Shown here: piece after piece, positions 14,836-26,568 of the stretch
Position numbering within the stretch: the first letter of the stretch is position 1
How the letters are laid out: each line of letters begins with the position of its first letter
Assembly (NCBI GenBank): GCA_965235115.1
Contig: OZ249436.1
Span: 496,001 to 560,000 of the forward strand
Direction of reading: 5' to 3'
DNA length: 64,000 nt
Source: Laetmonice hystrix
Taxonomy: Eukaryota
The notes under the pieces: generated by a model
Told to the model about the DNA's origin: nothing
Database searches by the model: none
What the model saw: only the letters and a program-made list of their open reading frames with translations
Made by a program: the position numbers and the translations under genes

Positions 14836-15691
14836 ATACACAGAGATGTTGCAGGCAGAAAACACCAGGGTGCAGCGCAGTTCCACTGAAGCGCGACGGC
14901 GGCGCTGCCTGCACTGCCGCCTTTCGGCCAGCGGTGGAATCACCACGTACACCTGCCGGGCTGGCAGGCACCTGTGGCTCTTAGGCGATAGACAGGTTAA
15001 AGCAATGATAAGCGAAAAATGGCTACATTTTTGGTACGTCAATTTGAAACTAGGCACCCCAAAATTATTATTCTTTGGCCAGATGTATAACTGTCAAACG
15101 TATAGGTCTCGTACGTTCGCTACAGATATATGGTTGTGATGTGTACACTTCTCATTTGAGTATCTTCTCCAGATTTTAACATTAGATGCTCCTGGCCTGG
15201 AACCTTTCATTGCCGCTACCTCACTGTAGTGTCTGCATGGCTACTATACGCCAGCCGGTAAGATTTAGGGACTTCTCACTCTACTGGTTGGCCTCCCACA
15301 CAACTGGCCCCACAGTGTACTGTTTGGCCTCACTGTACACTTTGGCCTCACTGTAGTGTTCGCTTGGATGCTAAGCCAGCCAGTAATACCTTGTAGGGAT
15401 TCCTGCCTATACTGTTTGGCCTCCCTGTACCGTTTGCTTGTATACAAGAGTTGCCAGTAGTATAGGGACGCCTCATGTTTCATGTTTCCATGCCTTTATT
15501 GTCCAGGAGGCAGGCCATACGTTTCGTCTATCATCTACTTCCATCTAATCTGTGTCCCCTACAGACCATCTGTAAGCGTCCGACAACGTTGTCAGGTCGT
15601 CCCAATGATTGTTTACCGTAAAGGTTTAGTTAACAATGGCAAATGGCGTTGTACGCCTTTTCTATATCAGATATCCTATCCCCAAGTAACA

Positions 15692-15723
<32 letters not shown>

Positions 15724-17058
15724 ATACACAGAGATGTTGCAGGCAGAAAACACCAGGGTGCAGCGCAGTTCCACTGAAGCGCGACTGCGGCGCTGACTGC
15801 ACTGCCGCCTTCCGGCCAGCGGTGGAATCACCACGTACACCTGCCGGGCTGGCAGGCACCTGTGGCTCTTAGGCGATAGACAGGTTAAAGCAATGATAAG
15901 CGAAAAATGGCTACATTTTTGGTAAGTCAAATTGAAACTACGCACCCCAAAATTATTATTCTTTGGCCAGAAGTATAACTGTCAAACGTATAGGTCTCGT
16001 ACGTTCGCTACAGATATATGGTTGTGATGTGTACACTTCTCATTGGAGTATCTTCTCCAGATTTTAACATTAGATGCTCCTCGCCTGGAACCTTTCATTG
16101 CCGCTACCTCACTGTAGTGTCTGGATGGCTACTATAGGCCAGCCGGTAAGATTTAGGGACTTCTCACTCTACTGGTTGTCCTCCCACACAACTTGCCCCA
16201 CAGTGTACTATTTGGCCTCACTGTACACTTTGGCCTCACTGTAGTGTTCGCTTGGATGCTAGGCCAGCCAGTAATACCTTGTAGGGATTCCTGCCTGTAC
16301 TGTTTGGCTTCCCTGTACCGTTTGCTTGTATACAAGAGTTGCCAGTAGTATAGGGACGCCTCATGTTTCATGTTTCCATGCCTTTATTGTCCAGGAGGCA
16401 GGCCATACGTTTCGTCTATCATCTACTTCCATCTAATCTGTGTCCCCTACAGACCATCTGTAAGCGTCCGACAACGTTGTCAGGTCGTCCCAATGATTGT
16501 TTGCCGTAAAGGTTTAGTTAACAATGGCAAATGGCGTTGTACGCCTTTTCTATATCAGATATCCTATCCCCAAGTAACAAAGAAAGAAAGAAAGAAAGAA
16601 TACACAGAGATGTTGCACGCAGAAAACACCAGGGTGCACTGAAGCGCGACGGCGGCGCTGACTGCACTGCCGCCTTCCGTCCGGCGGTGGAATCACCACG
16701 TACACCTGCCGGGCTGGCAGGTCCCTGTGGCTCTTAGGCGAGAGACAGGTTAAAGCAATGATAAGCGAAAAATGGGGTAGTCAAATTGAAACTACGCACC
16801 CCAAAATTAGTATTCTTAGGCCAGATGTATAACTGTCAAGCGTATAGGTCTCGTACGTTCGCTACAGATATATGGTTGTGATGTGTACACTTCCCATTTG
16901 AGTATCTTCTCCAGATTTTAACATTAGATGCTCCTCGCCTGGAACCTTTCATTGCCGCTACCTCACTGTAGTGTCTGCATGGCTACTATAGGCCAGCCGG
17001 TAAAATTTAGGGACTTCTCACTCTACTGGTTGGCCTCCCACACTACTTGCCCCATAGT
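1..17058. repeat. Large tandem satellite, ~850-885 bp unit, about 20 copies, runs off the left edge
   Basis: Unit start ATGCTCCT(C/G)GCC recurs at 1, 870, 1736, 2611, 3489, 4360, 5226, 6109, 6959, 7835, 8708, 10131, 10978, 11825, 12672, 14300, 15186, 16074, 16928, plus truncated starts near 9475 and 13440. Nearly every unit carries a variable (GAAA)n tract. The array ends abruptly at ~17058. Confidence 0.99.
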
Positions 17059-17697
17059 AGACGTATCTGGTTAATGTTTAGCACACTCCCCCCCCCCCCC
17101 TGGGATTTTGAGGCAGACTACGGCCCTTGTATCGTATCGTGGCACGAGTGTATCACGAGTGTATCATTTCAACCGAGTTGAAATTGTGTCTTAATTAATT
17201 TAAATTATAGTGGTGCCCATTAAACCTTCCGATGTGCAGTGTTTAATTATTTCGCACGTTCCTAAATTACGCCTGGGACGATGGAACGTCACCTATCAGA
17301 AAGAGACCGTGTCAGAAGGTGGCAAAAAATCTTGAATGGAGTTCGTGAGTTCTGCTTAGTGTGAATGACCCTTTTAAAGGTGAAATCTAAATGAGCTGGA
17401 TGCCCTTTTGTTGATCAGAAAACACACGGCCGTATCCCGATATACATGTGAGTTATGGGTTATTCATGGCCACTTTGGCCTTGTCCTTGTTTCCATTGGT
17501 TCCTTAATGTGCGATGAAAAGAGGCAAATGGGGGAAAATACAGACGGGCAATATGCCCGCTACTGTAGGCCTCGTGTCATTGAGAAGAAATTGCTCTGCG
17601 TACAATCCCGTGCACGTAAACCCACCTATTGTCCTGCGATCAGGTACACAACAACGCCATGCAGCTCTCCCCCACACGTTTCGACTTGTCCAAAGCA

Positions 17698-17755
17698 TGC
17701 TGCTGCTGCTGCTGCTGCTGCTACTACTACTACTACTACTACTGCTGCTGCTGTT
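17698..17755. repeat. Compound trinucleotide microsatellite (TGC)n(TAC)n(TGC)n
   Basis: Read directly in sequence. Confidence 0.95.
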
Positions 17756-18440
17756 GAAGTTGCTGAGTTGAGCGCGCGCCCGTCAGGACTACCTGACGTC
17801 TGCGACGGTCCGCAGACGTTGTCAAGGTGTCGCCGACGTGCCGTCACGACTTGCACGTCTTCAACACGTCGTACGGCGTGTCAGTCATCATCCTGCAGCA
17901 GCTCAACTAGAGGTGTGACAGTGTCAGAGAGCACATCGCCATGTTGTCAGATACGAACGATGTTCACGAGGCCGGTAAGACTAGTCATCATCTCTCTGCT
18001 CACGTTTATATTGAATTTCTGCCCAGTGCGGCGCGGGACTGTTGCCATCCTGCACAAGCACTCAACAGTTGCTGGAGCTTGGGTGGGCGAGTTGAACGGT
18101 CCTCTTGATTCAAGTGATAGGTTAGTGATGCTCCCATCATACACAAATTGCGTCCATACTGGATTCGTCCTACGGTAGCAAATTAATTTTAGCAAAGGGA
18201 AGATCTACATGAAGTTGTGACGATTATGTTTTTTTTTTTTAATTCTAGACACCCCCCCACACACACACACTACAATGGTATTCATTATCGTCGTGCCTTT
18301 TGAACGGATGGCGCCTTGGGTAACCTTTGGCTTAAGCTCAGAGCCGGGCCATGATTTTTACATTTCATTTTTTCCCTTATTTTTAATTTTTGATTATATA
18401 GCTTTCATTTTATAGTTGGAACGTTGTCTCACCTTTAAAG

Positions 18441-18577
18441 ACGTTGTGATCAATCCCGAGATAGATGAATGCCATGTGTGGGCATGAGCCTATAGTACAG
18501 AATTGTTTTACGTTGTGATCAGTCCCGAGATAGATGAATGCCATGTGTGGGCATGAGCCTATAGTACAGAATTGTTG
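18441..18577. repeat. Two-copy ~69-bp direct repeat
   Basis: ACGTTGTGATCA..CCCGAGATAGATGAATGCCATGTGTGGGCATGAGCCTATAGTACAGAATTGTT occurs twice, ending just before a candidate acceptor TTGTAG at ~18580. Confidence 0.9.
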
Positions 18578-18680
18578 TAGAATAGACGACAGAACCAGGA
18601 ACTCCAAGGTTTCACCTGTTACGTGTAAAAAGGAAATAACAACATTGAAATTTCTCGGTTAACCATCTTCACACTGAGCC

Positions 18681-18744
18681 ATGTTACCGGCCAGTGACGG
18701 ATCCAACCAACTTTGGACCAGTATACATTCTGACAGCACAGTGG
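18681..18744 (+). CDS. Ankyrin-repeat protein, coding exon 1 (MLPASDGSNQLWTSIHSDSTV)
   Basis: gccATG at 18681, open frame to G|GTGAGT donor at 18745; phase 1 matches exon 2 and gives the ankyrin-like TSIH..AFAGD..LKRLI segment. Confidence 0.7.
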
Positions 18745-21013
18745 GTGAGTGATTACTATAGGCCTCTCTTTAACTTGGGACCAGTATACAGTCTGAGATC
18801 ACAGTAGATGAGTGATTACTATAGGCCTCTCTTTAACTTGGGACCAGTATACAGTCTGATACAGTGGATGAGTGATTACTATAGGCCTCTCTTTAACTTG
18901 GGACCAGTATACAGTCTGAGATCACAGTGGATGAGTGATTACTATAGGCCTCTCTTTAACTTGGGACCAGTATACAGTCTGAGATCACAGTGGATGAGTG
19001 ATTACTATAGGCCTCTCTTTAACTTGGGACCAGTATACAGTCTGAGATCACAGTGGATGAGTGATTACTATAGGCCTCTCATTAACTTGGGACCAGTATA
19101 CAGTCTGAGATCACAGTGGATGAGTGATTACTATAGGCCTCTCTTTAACTTGGGACCAGTATACAGTCTGAGATCACAGTGGATGAGTGATTACTATAGG
19201 CCTCTCTTTAACTTGGGACCAGTATACAGTCTGAGATCACAGTGGATGAGTGATTACTATAGGCCTCTCTTTAACTTTGGACCAGTATACAGTCTGAGAT
19301 CACAGTGGATGAGTGATTACTATAGGCCTCTCTTTAACTTGGGACCAGTATACAGTCTGAGATCACAGTGGATGAGTGATTACTATAGGCCTCTCTTTAA
19401 CTTGGGACCAGTATACAGTCTGAGATCACAGTGGATGAGTGATTACTATAGGCCTCTCTTTAACTTGGGACCAGTATACAGTCTGAGATCACAGTGGATG
19501 AGTGATTACTATAGGCCTCTCTTTAACTTGGGACCAGTATACAGTCTGAGATCACAGTGGATGAGTGATTACTATAGGCCTCTCATTAACTTGGGACCAG
19601 TATACAGTCTGAGATCACAGTAGATGAGTGATTACTATAGGCCTCTCTTTAACTTTGGACCAGTATACAGTCTGAGATCACAGTGGATGAGTGATTACTA
19701 TAGGCCTCTCTTTAACTTTGGACCAGTATACAGTCTGAGAGCACAGTGGATGAGTGGTTACTATAGGCCTCTCTTTAACTTGGGACCAGTATACAGTCTG
19801 AGATCACAGTGGATGAGTGATTACTATAGGCCTCTCTTTAACTTGGGACCAGTATACAGTCTGAGATCACAGTGGATGAGTGATTACTATAGGCCTCTCT
19901 TTAACTTGGGACCAGTATACAGTCTGATACAGTGGATGAGTGATTACTATAGGCCTCTCTTTAACTTGGGACCAGTATACAGTCTGATACAGTGGATGAG
20001 TGATTACTATAGGCCTCTCTTTAACTTGGGACCAGTATACAGTCTGAGATCACAGTGGATGAGTGATTACTATAGGCCTCTCTTTAACTTGGGACCAGTA
20101 TACAGTCTGATACAGTGGATGAGTGATTACTATAGGCCTCTCTTTAACTTGGGACCAGTATACAGTCTGAGATCACAGTGGATGAGTGATTACTATAGGC
20201 CTCTCTTTAACTTGGGACCAGTATACAGTCTGATACAGTGGATGAGTGGTTACTATAGGCCTCTCTTTAACTTGGGACCAGTATACAGTCTGATACAGTG
20301 GATGAGTGATTACTATAGGCCTCTCTTTAACTTTGGACCAGTATACATTCTGACAGCACAGTGGATGAGTGATTACTATAGGCCTCTCTTTAACTTGGGA
20401 CCAGTATACAGTCTGAGATCACAGTGGATGAGTGATTACTATAGGCCTCTCTTTAACTTGGGACCAGTATACAGTCTGAGATCACAGTGGATGAGTGATT
20501 ACTATAGGCCTCTCTTTAACTTGGGACCAGTATACAGTCTGAGAGCACAGTGGATGAGTGATTACTATAGGCCTCTCTTTAACTTTGGACCAGTATACAG
20601 TCTGAGATCACAGTGGATGAGTGGTTACTATAGGCCTCTCTTTAACTTTGGACCAGTATACAGTCTGAGATCACAGTGGATGAGTGATTACTATAGGCCT
20701 CTCTTTAACTTGGGACCAGTATACAGTCTGATACAGTGGATGAGTGATAACTATAGGCCTCTCTTTAACTTGGGACCAGTATACAGTCTGAGATCACAGT
20801 GGATGAGTGATTACTATAGGCCTCTCTTTAACTTGGGACCAGTATACAGTCTGATACAGTGGATGAGTGATTACTATAGGCCTCTCTTTAACTTTGGACC
20901 AGTATACAGTCTGAGAGCACAGTGGATGAGTGATTACTATAGGCCTCTCTTTAACTTTGGACCAGTATACAGTCTGAGATCACAGTGGATGAGTGATTAC
21001 TATAGGCCTCTCT
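18708..21013. repeat. 63/60-bp minisatellite, ~37 copies, unit spans the exon-1 3' end and donor
   Basis: Unit AACTTGGGACCAGTATACAGTCTGAGATCACAGTGGATGAGTGATTACTATAGGCCTCTCTTT; first copy overlaps exon 1. Confidence 0.99.
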
Positions 21014-21695
21014 TATCGACATTATCATGCGGAGTCCTCCTATAGGTTGCAGACGTGTGCATTTTCCTCGAATGGACCTGTCTGAAATTATCAGGCCCAT
21101 ACGAATCTAAACTAAAAAAGCCAGATGTTTGTTTTTCGCGTATTATAATTTCATTAGTGCAGTGTACAATTAATTGTTACTGTAATGTTTACATTAAGTT
21201 ATTGGCGAATGAACTGTCAGTAATTTAATATAAATTTTACAAGAATATTTTTACACTAATTACTGTTATTTAGCTTTTCTGTAATTGGTGTTTACATTAA
21301 AGAATTTTTACTGTAATTTTCACATTAAGTTATTGGCGAATGAGCTGCCAGTAACTTAATGTAAATATTACAAGAAATCTTTTACAGTGCACGTACACTG
21401 TATAAAGTTGGCAGAGATTGGCCCGAGTCTAGTTCATGGTGAGGTTATCCATATATAAAGATAAACATTTATAAACATATATAAACATAAACATATTTTT
21501 ATTTCGGTTACCTAGGCAACCATTCCTTTCTCTAGTACTAGTAAGGGGCCGACCCCCCCCCCCGCCTCCTGTCAGTTCAAGTCTCTCGTTAAAGGAAGGG
21601 GGTTAGGACCGTAAAGACAAATGCGAATTTGCGAATTAATGCGAACGACAGGAGGAATTGTCATGTAACTAAAGATGATTTCTTTCTTGTTACAG

Positions 21696-21748
21696 CTTTT
21701 GCTGGTGATATCCGACATCTTAAGAGGTTGATCAATACATGCAATGAG
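21696..21748 (+). CDS. Ankyrin-repeat protein, coding exon 2 (AFAGDIRHLKRLINTCNE)
   Basis: Acceptor TTTCTTGTTACAG, 53-nt exon, donor GAG|GTAAGG; phase 1 in, phase 0 out; joins exon 3 to give NTCNE-NVNLQDRVGQTPLH. Confidence 0.85.
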
Positions 21749-24066
21749 GTAAGGATGGCAAACCGGGGCAGGGAGGGGTAAGGATTGCAAACCGGGGCAG
21801 GGAGGGGTGAGGATGGCAAACCGGGGCAGGGAGGGGTAAGGATGGCAAACCGGGGCAGGGAGAGGTAAGGATGGCAAACCGGGGCAGGGAGAGGTAAGGA
21901 TGGCAAACCGGGGCAGGGAGAGGTGAGGATGGCAAACCGGGGCAGGGAGGGGTGAGGATGACAAACCGGGGCAGGGAGGGGTCAGGATGGCAAACCGGGG
22001 CAGGGAGGGGTAAGGATGGAAAACCGGGGCAGGGAGAGGTGGGGATGGCAAACCGGGACAGGGAGAGGTGAGGATGGCAAACCGGGGCAGGGAGAGGTGA
22101 GGATGGCAAACCGGGGCAGGGAGGGGTGAGGATGGCAAACCGGGGCAGGGAGGGGTAAGGATGGAAAACCGGGGCAGGGAGAGGTGGGGATGGCAAACCG
22201 GGACAGGGAGAGGTGAGGATGGCAAACCGGGGCAGGGAGAGGTGAGGATGGCAAACCGGGGCAGGGAGAGGTAAGTATGGCAAACCGGGGCAGGGAGAGG
22301 TGAGGATGGCAAACCGGGGCAGGGAGAGGTGAGGATGGCAAACCGGGGCAGGGAGAGGTGGGGATGGCATACCGGGGCAGGGAGAGGTGAGGATGGCAAA
22401 CCGGGGCAGGGAGAGGTGAGGATAGCAAACCGGGGCAGGGAGAGGTGAGGATGGCAAACCGGGGCAGGGAGGGGTGAGGATGGCAAACCGGGGCAGGGAG
22501 GGGTGAGGATGGCAAACTGGGGCAGGGAGGGGTAGGGATGGCAAACCGGGGCAGGGAGGGGTAGGGATGGCAAACCGGGGCAGGGAGGGGTAAGGATGGC
22601 AAACCGGGGCAGGGAGAGGTGAGGATGGCAAACCGGGGCAGGGAGGGGTAAGGATGGCAAACCGGGGCAGGGAGAGGTGAGGATGGCAAACCGGGGCAGG
22701 GAGAGGTAAGGATGGCAAACCGGGGCAGGGAGGGGTCAGGATGGCAAACCGGGGCAGGGAGGGGTAAGGATGGAAAACCGGGGCAGGGAGAGGTGGGGAT
22801 GGCAAACCGGGACAGGGAGAGGTGAGGATGGCAAACCGGGGCAGGGAGAGGTGAGGATGACAAACCGGGGCAGGGAGAGGTGAGGATGACAAACCGGGGC
22901 AGGGAGAGGTGAGGATGACAAACCGGGGCAGGGAGAGGTGAGGATGACAAACCGGGGCAGGGAGAGGTGAGGATGACAAACCGGGGCAGGGAGAGGTGAG
23001 GATGACAATCCGGGGCAGGGAGGGGTAAGGATGGCAAACCGGGGCAGGGAGAGGTAAGGATGGCAAACCGGGGCAGGGAGGGGTAAGGATGGCAAACCGG
23101 GGCAGGGAGGGGTAAGGATGGCAAACCGGGGCAGGGAGGGGTAAGGATGGCAAACCGGGGCAGGGAGGGGTGAGGATGGCAAACCGGGGCAGGGAGGGGT
23201 AGGGATGGCAAACCGGGGCAGGGAGGGGTAAGGATGGCAAACCGGGGCAGGGAGAGGTAAGGATGGCAAACCGGGGCAGGGAGGGGTGAGGATGGCAAAC
23301 CGGGGCAGGGAGGGGTAAGGATGGCAAACCGGGGCAGGGAGAGGTGAGGATGGCAAACCGGGGCAGGGAGGGGTAAGGATGGCAAACCGGGGCAGGGAGG
23401 GGTCAGGATGGCAAACCGGGGCAGGGAGAGGTAAGGATGGCAAACCGGGGCAGGGAGGGGTGAGGATGGCAAACCGGGGCAGGGAGAGGTGAGGATGACA
23501 AACCGGGGCAGGGAGAGGTGAGGATGACAATCCGGGGCAGGGAGGGGTGAGGATGGCAAACCGGGGCAGGGAGAGGTGAGGATGGCAAACCGGGGCAGGG
23601 AGAGGTAAGGATGGCAAACCGGGGCAGGGAGAGGTGAGGATGGCAAACCGGGGCAGGGAGAGGTGAGGATGACAAACCGGGGCAGGGAGAGGTAAGGATG
23701 GCAAACCGGGGCAGGGAGGGGTGAGGATGGCAAACCGGGGCAGGGAGAGGTAAGGATGGCAAACTGGGGCAGGGAGGGGTAGGGATGGCAAACCGGGGCA
23801 GGGAGGGGTGAGGATGGCAAACCGGGGCAGGGAGGGGTAAGGATGGCAAACCGGGGCAGGGAGGGGTGAGGATGGCAAACCGGGGCAGGGAGGGGTAAGG
23901 ATGGCAAACCGGGGCAGGGAGGGGTGAGGATGGCAAACCGGGGCAGGGAGGGGTAAGGATGGCAAACCGGGGCAGGGAGAGGTTAGGATGGCAAACCGGG
24001 GCAGGGAGGGGTAGGGATGGCAAACCGGGGCAGGGAGGGGTGAGGATGGCAAACCGGGGCAGGGAG
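21746..24066. repeat. 29-bp G-rich minisatellite, ~80 copies, starts at the exon-2 donor
   Basis: Unit G(A/G)GGT(A/G)AGGATGGCAAACCGGGGCAGGGA. Confidence 0.99.
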
Positions 24067-24442
24067 TAAGTATGTCAGTCCCAAAGATTTTACCATGTTT
24101 GATATCACTGGCGGGTCCAGGATTTCAAGAAAGGGAGGTTCCACTTTTTGGTGGATAACGTGTGCCCCTTTTTCGGGGGAGGGGGGGGGGTCTGGGGGCC
24201 CAAGTGACAGGCCAGGCCAGGACAGGACAGTGACAAGTGGCCGGTCGGACGGCCCGCTGCTGCCAGTGGCCTATCCTGACCCCACAGCCAGCCACAGATC
24301 CTAACAACTGCTGAGATGGAATGTTTCAAGCCCTGTCTTCTCGAGCACGTAATGATATATAACCTTGGTTATTACAAAGTTGTATGACTGTGTCAATGAC
24401 TATCTACATCGTTTGGCCCAGAACAGGGCGGGCCAGATCTGT

Positions 24443-25000
24443 GGTGTTATTAAATATTTGAAGTAGGCGTAGATATTTCAACCTGTTTCTTACTGTGTTA
24501 TTATTAAATATCTGAATGCTGTAGGCGTATATTTCAACCTGTTTCTTACTGTGTTATTATTAAATATCGGAATGTTGTAGGCGTATATTTCAACCTGTTT
24601 CTTACTGTGTTATTATTAAATATCGGAATGTTGTAGGCGTATATTTCAACCTGTTTCTTACTGTGTTATTATTAAATATCGGAATGTTGTAGGCGTATAT
24701 TTCAACCTGTTTCTTACTGTGTTATTATTAAATATCGGAATGTTGTAGGCGTATATTTCAACCTGTTTCTTACTGTGTTATTATTAAATATCGGAATGTT
24801 GTAGGCGTATATTTCAACCTGTTTCTTACTGTGTTATTATTAAATATCTGAATGCTGTAGGCGTATATTTCAACCTGTTTCTTACTGTGTTATTATTAAA
24901 TATCGGAATGTTGTAGGCGTATATTTCAACCTGTTTCTTACTGTGTTATTATTAAATATCTGAATGTTGTAGGCGTATATTTCAACCTGTTTCTTACTGT
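24443..25000. repeat. 56-bp AT-rich minisatellite, ~10 copies (ankyrin gene intron 2)
   Basis: Unit GTGTTATTATTAAATATCGGAATGTTGTAGGCGTATATTTCAACCTGTTTCTTACT. Confidence 0.97.
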
Positions 25001-25461
25001 AGACGGACAGGTCTCGATCCCGTGTCTGGTCCCCCACCCCTTATAAAATTATGTTGGTGTTGGTCATAATCTGTATTTCCATTGACTGTTGTTATAGAAT
25101 AACTATACCCTTAACATTTTCTCCTGACTTTAGTCTCAGTAACACCATTTTGGATACCAATTGAGATGGGAGTATTTTTATGGGGGAAACGGGTGGATTA
25201 AATCAATTTTATTATGGCATGGTGGAAATAAAAGGAGGTTGATTTTTTTTCGGATTGGCAAGACAACATTTAATATTCATATCGTTCATAACGATATCAG
25301 TATACCAGTAATTGTTATTGATATCATTAATAACGAGAGCTTAGTAAGATTTCGCATCAAGAAGGATTCCTGCTTAAATCTAGCATTTCTCTGATTGGCT
25401 GGTTCGATCAGCCAATCAGAATTCCAGAAAAACTTAAATGTTGAACGCCCGGAGCGTGAGG

Positions 25462-25962
25462 CTGATTACATGGGGTTTCTTTACTCAGAACGTCAACCTT
25501 CAGGACCGGGTGGGTCAGACGCCCTGATTTACATGGGGTTTCTTTACTCAGAACGTCAACCTTCAGGACCGGGTGGGTCAGACGCCCTGATTTACATGGG
25601 GTTTCTTTACTCAGAACGTCAACCTTCAGGACCCGGTGGGTCAGACGCCCTGATTTACATGGGGTTTCTTTACTCAGAACGTCAACCTTCAGGACCCGGT
25701 GGGTCAGACGCCCTGATTTACATGGGGTTTCTTTACTCAGAACGTCAACCTTCAGGACCGGGTGGGTCAGACGCCCTGATTTACATGGGGTTTCTTTACT
25801 CAGAACGTCAACCTTCAGGACCCGGTGGGTCAGACGCCCTGATTTACATGGGGTTTCTTTACTCAGAAAGTCAACCTTCACGACCCGGTGGGTCAGACGC
25901 CCTGATTTACATGGGGTTTTACTCAGAACGTCAACCTTCAGGACCGGGTTGGTCAGACGCCC
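25462..25962. repeat. 63-bp minisatellite, 8 copies, unit spans the exon-3 acceptor
   Basis: Unit CTGATTTACATGGGGTTTCTTTACTCAG|AACGTCAACCTTCAGGACCGGGTGGGTCAGACGCC; the last copy continues into exon 3. Confidence 0.98.
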
Positions 25963-26050
25963 CTGCACAAGGCCGCCATGAACGGATGGTTGGAATGTGT
26001 GAACCTTCTACTGGAGAAAGGCGCCCATGTGTCCTCGTCCGATATCTCAG
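25927..26050 (+). CDS. Ankyrin-repeat protein, coding exon 3 (NVNLQDRVGQTPLHKAAMNGWLECVNLLLEKGAHVSSSDIS)
   Basis: Canonical ankyrin motif G-x-TPLH-x-AA-xx-G-xxx-CV-x-LLLE-x-GA-x-V; acceptor TTTTACTCAG, donor CAG|GTGAGC. Confidence 0.93.
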
Positions 26051-26129
26051 GTGAGCCAGCCCACTATAATCTCACGCTCTGGGTTAATAGCTTTTATAAT
26101 ATTCTCCTTATTTTTTGTAAACAGACAAA

Positions 26130-26568
26130 CATGTGTATTGTCGACCTTTATAAAGGGCATGTGTGTATTGTCGACCTTTATAAAAGCCATGTGTATTGTC
26201 GACCTTTATAAAGACCATGTGTATTGTCGACCTTTATAAAGGCCATATGTGTATTGTCGACCTTTATAAAGACCATGTGTATTGTCGACCTTTATAAAGG
26301 CCATATGTGTATTGTCGACCTTTATAAAGACCATGTGTATTGTCGACCTTTATCAAGGCCATGTGTATTGTCGACCTTTATAAAGGCCATATGTGTATTG
26401 TCGACCTTTATAAAGACCATGTGTATTGTCGACCTTTATAAAGGCCATGTGTATTGTCGACCTTTATAAAGACCATGTGTATTGTCGACCTTTATAAAGA
26501 CCATGTGTATTGTCGACCTTTATAAAGGCCATGTGTATTGTCGACCTTTATAAAGACCATGTGTATTG
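26130..26568. repeat. 28/30-bp minisatellite, ~15 copies
   Basis: Unit ATGTGTATTGTCGACCTTTATAAAG(A/G)CC with internal palindromes GTCGAC and CTTTATAAAG. Confidence 0.97.

Noticed and set aside
80..16737. Dozens of recurring 60-104 aa ORFs in the satellite
   Set aside because: Frames shift with (GAAA)n length, there are no recognisable domains, and they overlap on both strands.
17408..18178. 256-aa ORF
   Set aside because: Non-ATG start, held open partly by a trinucleotide microsatellite, no recognisable domain.
18808..24052. Long ORFs of 271-641 aa
   Set aside because: Pure translations of 63-bp and 29-bp minisatellites inside introns.
24985..25016. Acceptor-like end of the 56-bp array followed by an 8-nt micro-exon candidate
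   Set aside because: 8 nt would break the intact exon 2-3 frame and the donor GTCTCG is poor.
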